A stretch of DNA of 33,805 bases from a virus (Duplodnaviria > Caudoviricetes): IMG/VR virus record IMGVR_UViG_3300043443_000410, positions 1 through 33,805 of that record. One strand, given 5' to 3'. A model generated the notes under the pieces. It did not search any database. It had not been told where the DNA came from and saw only the letters and a program-made list of their open reading frames with translations. This document shows, piece after piece, positions 26,420-33,805 of this stretch (its first letter is position 1; each line of letters begins with the position of its first letter). The translations under genes and the position numbers were made by a program.

Positions 26420-26511
26420 AGTACGACCCAGAACTTGAGCCTTGGGAGTACCAAGACTCTGACTACATGCTTGTTTGCAAGGCCTGCCATAAGAGGATTC
26501 ACGGAAGATGA
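26275..26511 (+). CDS. HNH nuclease domain lacking a convincing start of its own
   Basis: TYRRKLVDQQWKAKR...CQACG...VHHLKY...PWEY...VCKACHKRIH; stop overlaps the next ATG. Confidence 0.75.
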   Translation, partial: FKKNNPATYRRKLVDQQWKAKRLALLSARGHRCQACGIHGTGIAVHHLKYDPELEPWEYQDSDYMLVCKACHKRIHGR

Positions 26512-27428
26512 AGAATCACCCAATTGCAGATGTTTGGCCAATGATGGAGCAGGACATGCTTCAAGCACTGGCCGAGGACATCAAGAAGAATGGCCAGCTT
26601 GTTCCCGTCTGGTTGTACGAGGGAATGATACTTGACGGGCGCAACCGATACGCGGCCTGCAAGATGATCGGTGTGGAGCCGAAGACGCAACCGTATACAG
26701 GAGATGAACCGACAGCGTTTGCCGTTTCCCTGAATGATAAGCGGCGGCATATGACCGCCGGGGTCCGTGCTGCTGTTGCCGTTGAATTGCTTCCGTTTTT
26801 TGAAGCTGATGCGGCAAAAAGAAGAAAGGAGACCGAGGGGAGACCAAAGAAAGAGCAAGAAAAACTTGGGGAAAAAATTCCCCAAGTTATTCCACAACAT
26901 GAAAAGACAACAGAAAGAAACCCCAAGGCTACCGAAGAGGCGTCCAGGTCTGTTGGTGTCAATCATCGCTACATTTCTGACGCAAAGAAGGTCAAGCAAG
27001 AAGCACCGGAAGTCTTCGACCGCTTGAAGGCGGGCAAGATTACCTTGCAAGATGCCAAGCGGGAAGTCGCAAAGATTCCCGTAGACGATTGGCGAAAAGA
27101 TGAGCGGGAGCGGCAAGCCAAAGTGAAAGCTGGCGAGACAGTTGTTGCCAATGCTCAGTCTGACAAGAACCTTATTTTGTGGGCTGAGCGTGAAGGCAAA
27201 GCTATTCGGATTGACCGTAGCACCAGATACGGCAACCCATTTGTGATGGGTGAGGATGGCACTCGCGATGATGTTTGCGATGCCTTTGAGATGCACTACC
27301 TGCCACACAAACCATCCATCAATAGCCGCATAAAGTCTGGAGAACTATGCGGCAAGGTGCTGGTGTGCCACTGCTACCCAGAGCGGTGCCATGGGAACTG
27401 TTTGGCCGATCTCGCAAATATGCGGTAG
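26508..27428 (+). CDS. ParB-like N-terminal domain fused to DUF4326
   Basis: LAEDIKKNG...ILDGRNRYAAC...SLN..RRH; C-terminal IDRS..GNPF...GKVLVCHCYPERCHG. Confidence 0.82.
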   Translation: MKNHPIADVWPMMEQDMLQALAEDIKKNGQLVPVWLYEGMILDGRNRYAACKMIGVEPKTQPYTGDEPTAFAVSLNDKRRHMTAGVRAAVAVELLPFFEADAAKRRKETEGRPKKEQEKLGEKIPQVIPQHEKTTERNPKATEEASRSVGVNHRYISDAKKVKQEAPEVFDRLKAGKITLQDAKREVAKIPVDDWRKDERERQAKVKAGETVVANAQSDKNLILWAEREGKAIRIDRSTRYGNPFVMGEDGTRDDVCDAFEMHYLPHKPSINSRIKSGELCGKVLVCHCYPERCHGNCLADLANMR

Positions 27429-27438
27429 GTGCCACACC

Positions 27439-28305
27439 ATGAAGTTAAACACCATTAATCACCCAAAGGTTTTGCGCCTGCGCCGCCGGTTGACTCTCCC
27501 AGCTTGGGGAGCGGTTGGCCTGCTTGAGAGCCTTTGGCATCTCACCGCGCAGCACGCCAAGGACGGAGCGCTTGGGAAAACCTTTACCAACGAAGACATA
27601 GCCAACGCTATCGGATGGGAAGGCGATCCGGACCAACTGATAGATGCTTTGGTGTCATCCGGCTGGCTGGATGTGTGCGAGGTGAACCGTTTGGTTGTTC
27701 ACGACTGGCACGATCACTGTCCTGAATTCGTGAAAGGAAACATCCGGCGCATGAAAAAAGAGTTTGCCAGCGACCCGAACTCAGTAGGCAACTCAGTACC
27801 GTACTCAGTACCTAACTCAGTAACGTACTCTAGTACGGTACTGAGTAGCGTACTAGAGTCGCCTACTCCAAGACCAATCCAAGACCAAGACCAAGACCAA
27901 GCCAATTCAAGCCAAGTAGAAGATAGCAGCGAGCCGGTTCCCACCGACTCGCCGCCGGTCGCGGTTCAGCCTGTCGCCACCTTCCCGTGTCAGGGGAAAC
28001 AAAAAGAGTGGCATCTGCTTGCACCTACTATCGCTGAATGGCAAGCGACATATCCAGGTTTGGATGTCTTTGCCGAAATCAAAAAGGCGCGCGCCTGGAT
28101 CATGGCCAACCCTGAGAAGCGCAAGACGGCGCGAGGTATGCCAGCGTTCTTGCTGCGCTGGTTTAACCGCACCGTGGATAACCCGCAGCGCAGCGCACCA
28201 GCCGCATCAAAGCAACCACCACCGGCACCCCGGCCATGGTCCGAGGTGTTCGCAGAGCAGGAGCAAGAAAAAGCCAAGTTGATCGAAATCGAGGTGGTGG
28301 AATGA
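27439..28305 (+). CDS. Replication initiator (lambda O-like organisation)
   Basis: HPKVLRL...LVVHDWHDH N-domain, central repeat linker with iterons, C-domain W..ANPEKRKTARGM..FL.RW. Confidence 0.75.
   Translation: MKLNTINHPKVLRLRRRLTLPAWGAVGLLESLWHLTAQHAKDGALGKTFTNEDIANAIGWEGDPDQLIDALVSSGWLDVCEVNRLVVHDWHDHCPEFVKGNIRRMKKEFASDPNSVGNSVPYSVPNSVTYSSTVLSSVLESPTPRPIQDQDQDQANSSQVEDSSEPVPTDSPPVAVQPVATFPCQGKQKEWHLLAPTIAEWQATYPGLDVFAEIKKARAWIMANPEKRKTARGMPAFLLRWFNRTVDNPQRSAPAASKQPPPAPRPWSEVFAEQEQEKAKLIEIEVVE
27779..27900. repeat. Iterons / probable replication origin inside the initiator gene
   Basis: ACTCAGTA at 27779, 27791, 27803, 27815 (12-bp period), variant at 27827, inverted copies at 27839 and 27851, then CCAAGA tandem repeats. 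Confidence 0.75.
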
Positions 28306-28493
28306 AAAGACCTTTGGAAAAGGAAATGCCTATCGCTGATCTTTTTATCCGGCTCATTGAAGGAATTGAGTTGGCTCAAGAAAGATGGATGGAGACAAAG
28401 CCGGGAATCAAATCCGTTTGGCTGAAGGTTGCCAAGGACGATTTGGAAAAACTTATTGCGATAGCCAAATCGGAGGAATCAACCCATGGGTGA
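28302..28493 (+). CDS. Hypothetical protein
   Basis: ATGA overlap, SD GAGGTGG. Confidence 0.55.
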   Translation: MKRPLEKEMPIADLFIRLIEGIELAQERWMETKPGIKSVWLKVAKDDLEKLIAIAKSEESTHG

Positions 28494-29130
28494 GATGGTT
28501 CCAAGTGGTCTGCCACCGGTCACCAACTGGGTGGATTTGTTTCAAGCGCTGTTCTCGGCTCATAGTCCGACATGGGGACCAACGCTCCTGGCATGGAAGC
28601 AACTGTTTGAGGCCGAGTCCCGATCTAACTCGGAGATGGTTTCAGCCTGCCATAGCATCGCCAAGCGCACAACCATTCCCCGGTTTGCTCCAGAGTTCTT
28701 GCAAGCTATCCGCGAGGAACTCAGCCGACAGGATGCCAGTTTCGCACGCCAGCGTGAGGACGCACGGTTGGCCGACCTGACACAACCGACACGCTGCCGC
28801 AAATGCCGGGACGTGGGAATGATCACCGGCCTGCCGCATGTGGATTTTGTGGACGGTGTGAATTGGAACAGGCCGCGCTACACACAGTCCGCAACCTGCG
28901 ACTGTGCGCAAGGCCAGCAGTCTCGGCAGAAGTGGCTGAGCATGGAAAAACCGGTGATGACGTTCAACGAATACGAGCGCCGCAACCCGCACTGGCGCTC
29001 ACAGGTGCAGATGAGGCGATTAGAGGTCGAGGCCGAACTAACCGCGCATCGGCAGCAGCACGGTGACCCGGAATGGATGGCAGTAGTCGAACGACTGAAA
29101 GCGAGGATGAACGGCAATGCTCACGGATGA
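28486..29130 (+). CDS. Putative helicase-loader-related protein with a Zn finger
   Basis: Follows the initiator; CRKCRDVG...CDC; SD GGAGG. Confidence 0.55.
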   Translation: MGEMVPSGLPPVTNWVDLFQALFSAHSPTWGPTLLAWKQLFEAESRSNSEMVSACHSIAKRTTIPRFAPEFLQAIREELSRQDASFARQREDARLADLTQPTRCRKCRDVGMITGLPHVDFVDGVNWNRPRYTQSATCDCAQGQQSRQKWLSMEKPVMTFNEYERRNPHWRSQVQMRRLEVEAELTAHRQQHGDPEWMAVVERLKARMNGNAHG

Positions 29131-29323
29131 ACGCAAGGCCAAGGCGCAACGCATTCTGGCACGACTGCTGGAAGCGCTCGACGAATCCTACCGGGATGAG
29201 ATCGAGCGCTTGCGGTTGGCGATACGAGTCCACCAGGAACACAGTCTGGAACTGATCCAGAACAACCCGGCAGTGCGACTGAGTGAGGCGGATTACGAGT
29301 TGTGGGAAGTGTTAGGCGATTAG
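29117..29323 (+). CDS. Small coiled-coil protein (family member 1 of 3)
   Basis: EIERLRLAIRVHQ...DYELW. Confidence 0.65.
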   Translation: MLTDERKAKAQRILARLLEALDESYRDEIERLRLAIRVHQEHSLELIQNNPAVRLSEADYELWEVLGD

Positions 29324-29366
29324 GAACAGACCACCATGGACGGTCCAACCATGAGGTTATTTTTCG

Positions 29367-29834
29367 ATGCCAGTGATTCGATTGACGGATAAACAACGCG
29401 ACGATGCCGGTTCCAAAGTGGAGTTGGCCAGGCGCATGGCCAGGCGGTTCAGGCCGCCACCAAGCATGAGCGCGGACGAATGGGAATGCGAGGTGATGAT
29501 GGTGCTGGTGGAGACGGTTGCGACCTGTAGTCCTAATACGAACTTTGAGGCATATTTTTTCATGAAATGCCGTTGGCGAAAGTTAAGCCTGATTGAGAAG
29601 TACCGGCGCACCCACGCGGCCTTGGCATTCGATCCGGAGTGCAGGCCGCAGAAGCGGCACACGCTCGACGATGTGTTGGAAGGTGTGAGTCCCATGGATT
29701 CGGACATCATCCGCTTGAGGTTGGCAGGCGGTCGCTGGCCGACGATTGGCATGGCATACGGCGTTAGCGGAAGAACCATCCAGCGCTGGCACGATGCGGC
29801 GCTGCGAAGGATTCGGCGGAGGGTGATGGCGTGA
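29367..29834 (+). CDS. Sigma70-family (ECF-size) sigma factor-like protein
   Basis: Region 2-like LARRMARRF...FEAYF and region 4 HTH SPMDSDIIRLR...IGMAYGVSGRTIQRW...ALRRIR. Confidence 0.72.
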   Translation: MPVIRLTDKQRDDAGSKVELARRMARRFRPPPSMSADEWECEVMMVLVETVATCSPNTNFEAYFFMKCRWRKLSLIEKYRRTHAALAFDPECRPQKRHTLDDVLEGVSPMDSDIIRLRLAGGRWPTIGMAYGVSGRTIQRWHDAALRRIRRRVMA

Positions 29835-30091
29835 GCAAACCATATCGAAACAAGATTGACCTAATTAGGGCAAGCGAAGCTTTTAGCCTTGATGATTCCA
29901 CGCCTAGCGGTCTTCGCTGGAATTTTGGCCACGGCAACACCAACTCTGGAAAGCCGGCGGGTTGCCTAGTCGACAAAGGCTACAAGCAGTACTGGCAAGT
30001 TATCTGGAGGAAAAAACATTACTACTGCCATCGAATTGTCTGGGCTATCAAAAACCAAAAAGACCCAGCGAAAAAGAAGGTGACCACATGA
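29831..30091 (+). pseudogene. Truncated HNH homing endonuclease (N-terminal part only)
   Basis: SGLRW...GKPAGC...Y..HRIVW present, but the ORF stops before the expected DH...N catalytic motif. Confidence 0.55.
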
Positions 30092-30852
30092 TTCACTACC
30101 ACGGTTTGCCAATTAATCCCGATTCGGCATGCGCTCAAATCATTCATGGCGCGCATGTACTTATAAGCCATCGGTACCCAGAACAGCTTGGCATTGCTGC
30201 CTCAGCAGCGAAATCTTTTGTTTTGGATAACGGCGCGTTTTCCGCATGGAAAAAAGGCGAACCCGTAACCGATTGGCAACCATATTTGCAATGGTCATTG
30301 GAGGCGATGACTCATCCGAATTGCGACTGGGTGATAGTGCCAGATGTTATTGATGGCAGTGAGCGTGAAAACGACGAACTAATCGGATGGTTTCTGTCTA
30401 AATGGGCAGCTCGTCGAAAGTATGGAAACGCTGAATGCGTTCCGGTTTGGCACCTTCATGAATCTTTTGGGCGGTTGGCCCGCTTGGCTTCATGGTTTAC
30501 GAGGGTGGCACTGGGATCATCTGGTGAATTCGCCACACCAAAAACACCAGCTTGGTGGGCAAGGATAGGGAAAGCAATGAGGCATATATCGGATAGTTCT
30601 GGAAAGCTGCCATGCAAACTGCATGGTTTAAGGATGCTGGATCCGGAGATTTTTACCAAGCTGCCGCTCTCGTCTGCTGATTCCACGGCGGTGGCGAGGT
30701 CAATTGGATTGGATTGCAGGTGGACTGGTTCCTACAGGCCGCCCACCAAGGCTGCTCGCGGAATACTTATGCGGCAAAGAATTGAACAGCACAATTCAGC
30801 CAGCATTGTTTTTGACATCAATTTGCAGACACAGGGAGAATTATTCGCATGA
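30088..30852 (+). CDS. TGT/DpdA-like protein
   Basis: MIHYHG.P, LDNGAFS, PDVI, PVWH, LHGL, SADS motifs; ATGA coupling. Confidence 0.6.
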   Translation: MIHYHGLPINPDSACAQIIHGAHVLISHRYPEQLGIAASAAKSFVLDNGAFSAWKKGEPVTDWQPYLQWSLEAMTHPNCDWVIVPDVIDGSERENDELIGWFLSKWAARRKYGNAECVPVWHLHESFGRLARLASWFTRVALGSSGEFATPKTPAWWARIGKAMRHISDSSGKLPCKLHGLRMLDPEIFTKLPLSSADSTAVARSIGLDCRWTGSYRPPTKAARGILMRQRIEQHNSASIVFDINLQTQGELFA

Positions 30853-31028
30853 GCGACCGAGACGCAAACCACACACTTTCCGAGTTGCAGGAAGCCAGGG
30901 CGGAACTGGACCGATTGCGGAAGGCGATCAAAAAGCATCAGCATGAGATGCGGGAATACAAGGGCGCGTTTTATGACGAGGAGTTGTGGAAGGCAATCGG
31001 CTCGTTGCCGGGCGAAGGAGGGGAGTGA
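30849..31028 (+). CDS. Small coiled-coil protein (family member 2 of 3; 59 aa, not in the ORF track)
   Basis: ATGA overlap; ELDRLRKAIKKHQ...DEELW. Confidence 0.65.
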   Translation: MSDRDANHTLSELQEARAELDRLRKAIKKHQHEMREYKGAFYDEELWKAIGSLPGEGGE

Positions 31029-31072
31029 TGTCGAGTAATATGTTTTAATCTGATTTTATTTGGGGGTGGATT

Positions 31073-31507
31073 ATGGCAGGCTGGTCAGTTGATGGCGGGA
31101 ATCTGTATCTGTACGGGGTAAAGGTTCCCGGCATTAAAAGCGTTCATTTTGTGCCAGAAGGCCGGGAAGAGATTCGCGGATATGGTCCTAATGGTGAACC
31201 TACAAGCAAGCCAGGACAAAGGATCCCCAGTGAATTGGTTATTCGAGTAATAGACCTGCCAGTTGATTCAAAATTGGAATTACATCCGGATTTGCGGGAT
31301 CAAGTGGTAGATGAGTTGATGGCACGAATTCTGAAGTTAGAGAAAGAAAAATTAGACCTAACAAAAGCATTGCGAATTGAAATCATTGAATCCGAAGGTT
31401 GGGTTGAAGGTTGCCCATACAAAAAACCATCTCAGATTCCCGACGAATTTATTCAGCAAACAATTAAAAACCACATCGAATCGTACGACGAATGGGAAAA
31501 CGAATGA
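31073..31507 (+). CDS. Hypothetical protein, low GC
   Basis: 144-aa ORF coupled to the next gene. Confidence 0.6.
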   Translation: MAGWSVDGGNLYLYGVKVPGIKSVHFVPEGREEIRGYGPNGEPTSKPGQRIPSELVIRVIDLPVDSKLELHPDLRDQVVDELMARILKLEKEKLDLTKALRIEIIESEGWVEGCPYKKPSQIPDEFIQQTIKNHIESYDEWENE

Positions 31508-31725
31508 GCGACAGTATTAACCCAAACCACTACCTTGGCGAAAACGGGATCGAGTGCCATCACTCCCAGCGCGCCATAGTCGGCGCTGCTGGCATGAAAG
31601 CCTATTGGACAGCCACGGCGCTGAAATACCTTTGGCGCTGGGAGCGCAAAAACGGTGTTGAAGACTTGCGGAAAGCGCAGCGCTGTTTGCAATTCCTGAT
31701 CGACCTGCAAACCGAGAAAACCTAA
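31504..31725 (+). CDS. DUF3310 family protein
   Basis: INPNHY...GIEC...ALKYLWRWERKNGVEDLRKA. Confidence 0.88.
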   Translation: MSDSINPNHYLGENGIECHHSQRAIVGAAGMKAYWTATALKYLWRWERKNGVEDLRKAQRCLQFLIDLQTEKT

Positions 31726-31828
31726 AAAGTTTTACAAACCTTTGTACGACTGCGACTTGTGGCAGATGTTTGCATTTAGTCTATCCGCTTGGGTAGGATT
31801 AGCCATCCAATTCCACGGAGGGTTGATC

Positions 31829-32077
31829 GTGAAACAAGCATTTCTGACCGTTGCTGCTTTTGGTTCCATCGGTGTCCTGTTCAGCCAGGCCGGACCTTTC
31901 AAGCGCATCGAGGAGCGCCGCGCGGCTCGATGCGCCGGATGCGCCACCACCACCGAGGTGGTCAAGGAAACCAAGCAGACTGCGGAAATCATCACCCGCG
32001 AGAAATTCCGGGTGACCACCAAACCCGCCGGCAAGACCGTCGAGGTGGTGCCGCTTCCAGCCAAGGCCAAGAACTAA
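31829..32077 (+). CDS. Small secreted protein
   Basis: GTG after GGAGG; signal peptide ending SQA-GPF. Confidence 0.65.
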   Translation: MKQAFLTVAAFGSIGVLFSQAGPFKRIEERRAARCAGCATTTEVVKETKQTAEIITREKFRVTTKPAGKTVEVVPLPAKAKN

Positions 32078-32101
32078 ATCGCAACCCAGAGGAATTCCAG
32101 C

Positions 32102-32446
32102 ATGAAAAACTTTCTTCTGGTTGCTGGTCTGCTTCTGTGTGCTGGCGGTGCTAACGCTGGCCCGTTTGGTCTGGTTAATCGCCGCAGTCCTGGAGCAGTT
32201 CAATCGACAGCCCAGGCGGCGGCATCCGGCCTGTGGACCGCAGCGCAGGCCGCAGCGTATTGCGCCTCACGCGCACGCATCGGCCACTACGGCAACCCGA
32301 CCGGTGGATACGAAGGTGTCGGATTCAGCACCGTTAGCGCAGACGCAGCGGTTTGCAACTGCTGTTTTTGGGGTAAACGCACCCCGAGAGACATCGGAGT
32401 TTGCCAGGGATCTGGCGGATGGTTCGCAGTTGTCAGATACCACTGA
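32102..32446 (+). CDS. Secreted protein, possibly a minimal CAP/SCP-like fold
   Basis: Signal peptide ending ANA-GPF; H.G....YEGVGFS...NCCFWG...GWFAVVRY. Confidence 0.7.
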   Translation: MKNFLLVAGLLLCAGGANAGPFGLVNRRSPGAVQSTAQAAASGLWTAAQAAAYCASRARIGHYGNPTGGYEGVGFSTVSADAAVCNCCFWGKRTPRDIGVCQGSGGWFAVVRYH

Positions 32447-32663
32447 TGATCCCGAGGACGAGAACCAGAAGCTCCGAAGGGAATTGGAGCGACTGGTCGG
32501 CCTGATTCACGAAGCGAACGACATCATCCATCGATTGAAACAACACCGGGACGATCTGCTCGAATCGATACGCTGGCACCGGGACATGATCCAGCTACCG
32601 ACGAGACCCGACAAGAGACTGTGGAGAAATACCATCGTTCGATGGGACAAAGACAACCGCTGA
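32430..32663 (+). CDS. Small coiled-coil protein (family member 3 of 3)
   Basis: Probable TTG start; LLESIRWHR...DKRLW; abuts rusA. Confidence 0.55.
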   Translation: MSDTTDDPEDENQKLRRELERLVGLIHEANDIIHRLKQHRDDLLESIRWHRDMIQLPTRPDKRLWRNTIVRWDKDNR

Positions 32664-33026
32664 ATGCTTCTCGAATGGCCGATTCCTCCGAGCGTCAACC
32701 ACATCTGGCGGAGACACGGCAAAAGCACCTACCTGAGCGCCAACTACAAGCGCTGGCTCAACCAGATCAATCTCTGCCTGCTCATGCGACAGGAGGATCC
32801 GATCGCCGGTCCGGTGACGGTCGATCTGGTGATTCATCCAGGCAAAGGCTGGCGCGCTAACCGAGACCTCGACAACATTTTCAAACCAGTCCTCGATGCG
32901 CTCTGCCGGTCTGGTTTGATCCTCGACGATAACTGCTCGGTGGTGCGCCAGATCAGCGCATCGATCGGAAAAGGCGATGGCACCGAGGCGCGGTTGCTGG
33001 TGCGTGTGACACCGTGGGAGGACTGA
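32664..33026 (+). CDS. rusA: RusA-like Holliday junction resolvase
   Basis: PPSVNHIWR, RDLDNIFK..LDAL, DD catalytic motifs. Confidence 0.92.
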   Translation: MLLEWPIPPSVNHIWRRHGKSTYLSANYKRWLNQINLCLLMRQEDPIAGPVTVDLVIHPGKGWRANRDLDNIFKPVLDALCRSGLILDDNCSVVRQISASIGKGDGTEARLLVRVTPWED

Positions 33027-33051
33027 AGCCCTGTGCCGCGTCCGTTGGGAT

Positions 33052-33708
33052 GTGATTCCTGTTTTGCCAGTCAAGCGCATCAAAAAACGCCTGCTGGGTT
33101 CGGGGTATCCGGCACACTGGGTAGACGCGTTGGCCAAGGCAATTGGTCGCAAAAAGAAGATCACCGGAGAAACTTTGGCCGACATCATAGAAGTCGTAGC
33201 CAAGCAGCTAGACGAATGGACGCTGGAACAGTGGGGAGAAATTGTCTTGAGGCTGGCACCAGAAATGTTCGGCACGCCTCGACAGTCCTGCTGGCCAAGC
33301 GATGCGCCGGCTGGCAGCTACGAAAAGATCCGGCGCTTGCGCCGGCGAGCAGCGCGAGGCCTCGACCTTTGGCAACACCAGGACGATTCAAACAATGCCG
33401 CGCAAAATGTCGAGCCACAAGCCAAACCAGTTCCAGTCAGCCGACAGCCGGCAGGCCAACCAGAGCAGGCACGCGCGCGGGTACGACAGCGTGTGGACTC
33501 GGTACGCCAAGCTGTACCTCAAGCAAAACCCGCTCTGCCGAATGTGCGAACAGGCCAGTCGGACGACTCTGGCCAGCCTGGTCGATCACATCATCCCGCT
33601 GCGCCTGCGTCCCGACCTGCGGCTCGATCCAGCAAACCTTCAACCGCTGTGCCGAAGCTGCCACGCAGTCAAAACGTCAGCCGAGACGAAAAACGCCTAA
33701 AAAAATAG
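33052..33708 (+). CDS. Hypothetical protein whose 3' half overlaps the HNH gene
   Basis: Contains PSDAPAGSYEKIRRLRRRAARGLDLW. Confidence 0.55.
   Translation: MIPVLPVKRIKKRLLGSGYPAHWVDALAKAIGRKKKITGETLADIIEVVAKQLDEWTLEQWGEIVLRLAPEMFGTPRQSCWPSDAPAGSYEKIRRLRRRAARGLDLWQHQDDSNNAAQNVEPQAKPVPVSRQPAGQPEQARARVRQRVDSVRQAVPQAKPALPNVRTGQSDDSGQPGRSHHPAAPASRPAARSSKPSTAVPKLPRSQNVSRDEKRLKK
33395..33700 (+). CDS. Packaging-associated HNH endonuclease (HK97 gp74-like)
   Basis: RGYD..W...PLCRMC...VDHIIP...NLQPLCRSCHAVKT; precedes cos/terS in circular order. Confidence 0.9.
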   Translation: MPRKMSSHKPNQFQSADSRQANQSRHARGYDSVWTRYAKLYLKQNPLCRMCEQASRTTLASLVDHIIPLRLRPDLRLDPANLQPLCRSCHAVKTSAETKNA

Positions 33709-33805
33709 ATATCAGCCGGAATCAAAAACTCTTTGTACAGGTGATATCAGGCACTAGCGTTAAAATAGGGGGGATGGTGCGGGTTCAGCACCTGCCAGAA
33801 AGGAC
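33708..33805. other. Probable cos-proximal non-coding region (continuing into 1-108)
   Basis: Lies between HNH and terS; (GGT)GATATCA at 33708, 33740, 49 and 75; G-run near 33777. Confidence 0.5.

Noticed and set aside
27779-27900. CRISPR array
   Set aside because: 8-9 bp units at a 12-bp period with no spacers and no cas genes; better explained as iterons

Overview
The window looks like a complete or nearly complete ~33.8 kb temperate siphovirus genome of HK97-like layout, opened close to its packaging (cos) region. From 109 to ~20030 it carries terS, terL, portal, prohead protease, major capsid, neck genes, two paralogous tail-tube-like genes, a frameshifted tail chaperone, a short tape measure, Cys-rich tail-tip genes, a putative lysis cassette, GTA-like head-spike genes and accessory enzymes. 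Next come a tyrosine integrase with an intact attP (3' half of tRNA-Pro-TGG), an excisionase and an Arc-like repressor. The early/replication region encodes a CsrA-like protein, a putative annealing protein, an SSB-like protein, ParB-DUF4326, an iteron-containing initiator, a sigma factor, a TGT-like protein, RusA and a packaging HNH. Several protein signatures suggest a Planctomycetota host (inference). Most notable: (1) a 26-bp motif repeated with exact spacing before the portal, capsid and lysis genes, probably a late promoter for the phage sigma factor; (2) a papain-family cysteine protease beside a holin-like gene, with no recognisable endolysin; (3) a second candidate -1 frameshift that would fuse an unknown domain to an HNH nuclease; (4) an AT-hook/Lys-rich insertion in the gp10-like neck protein. 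All family calls come from motif recognition by eye, not database searches.
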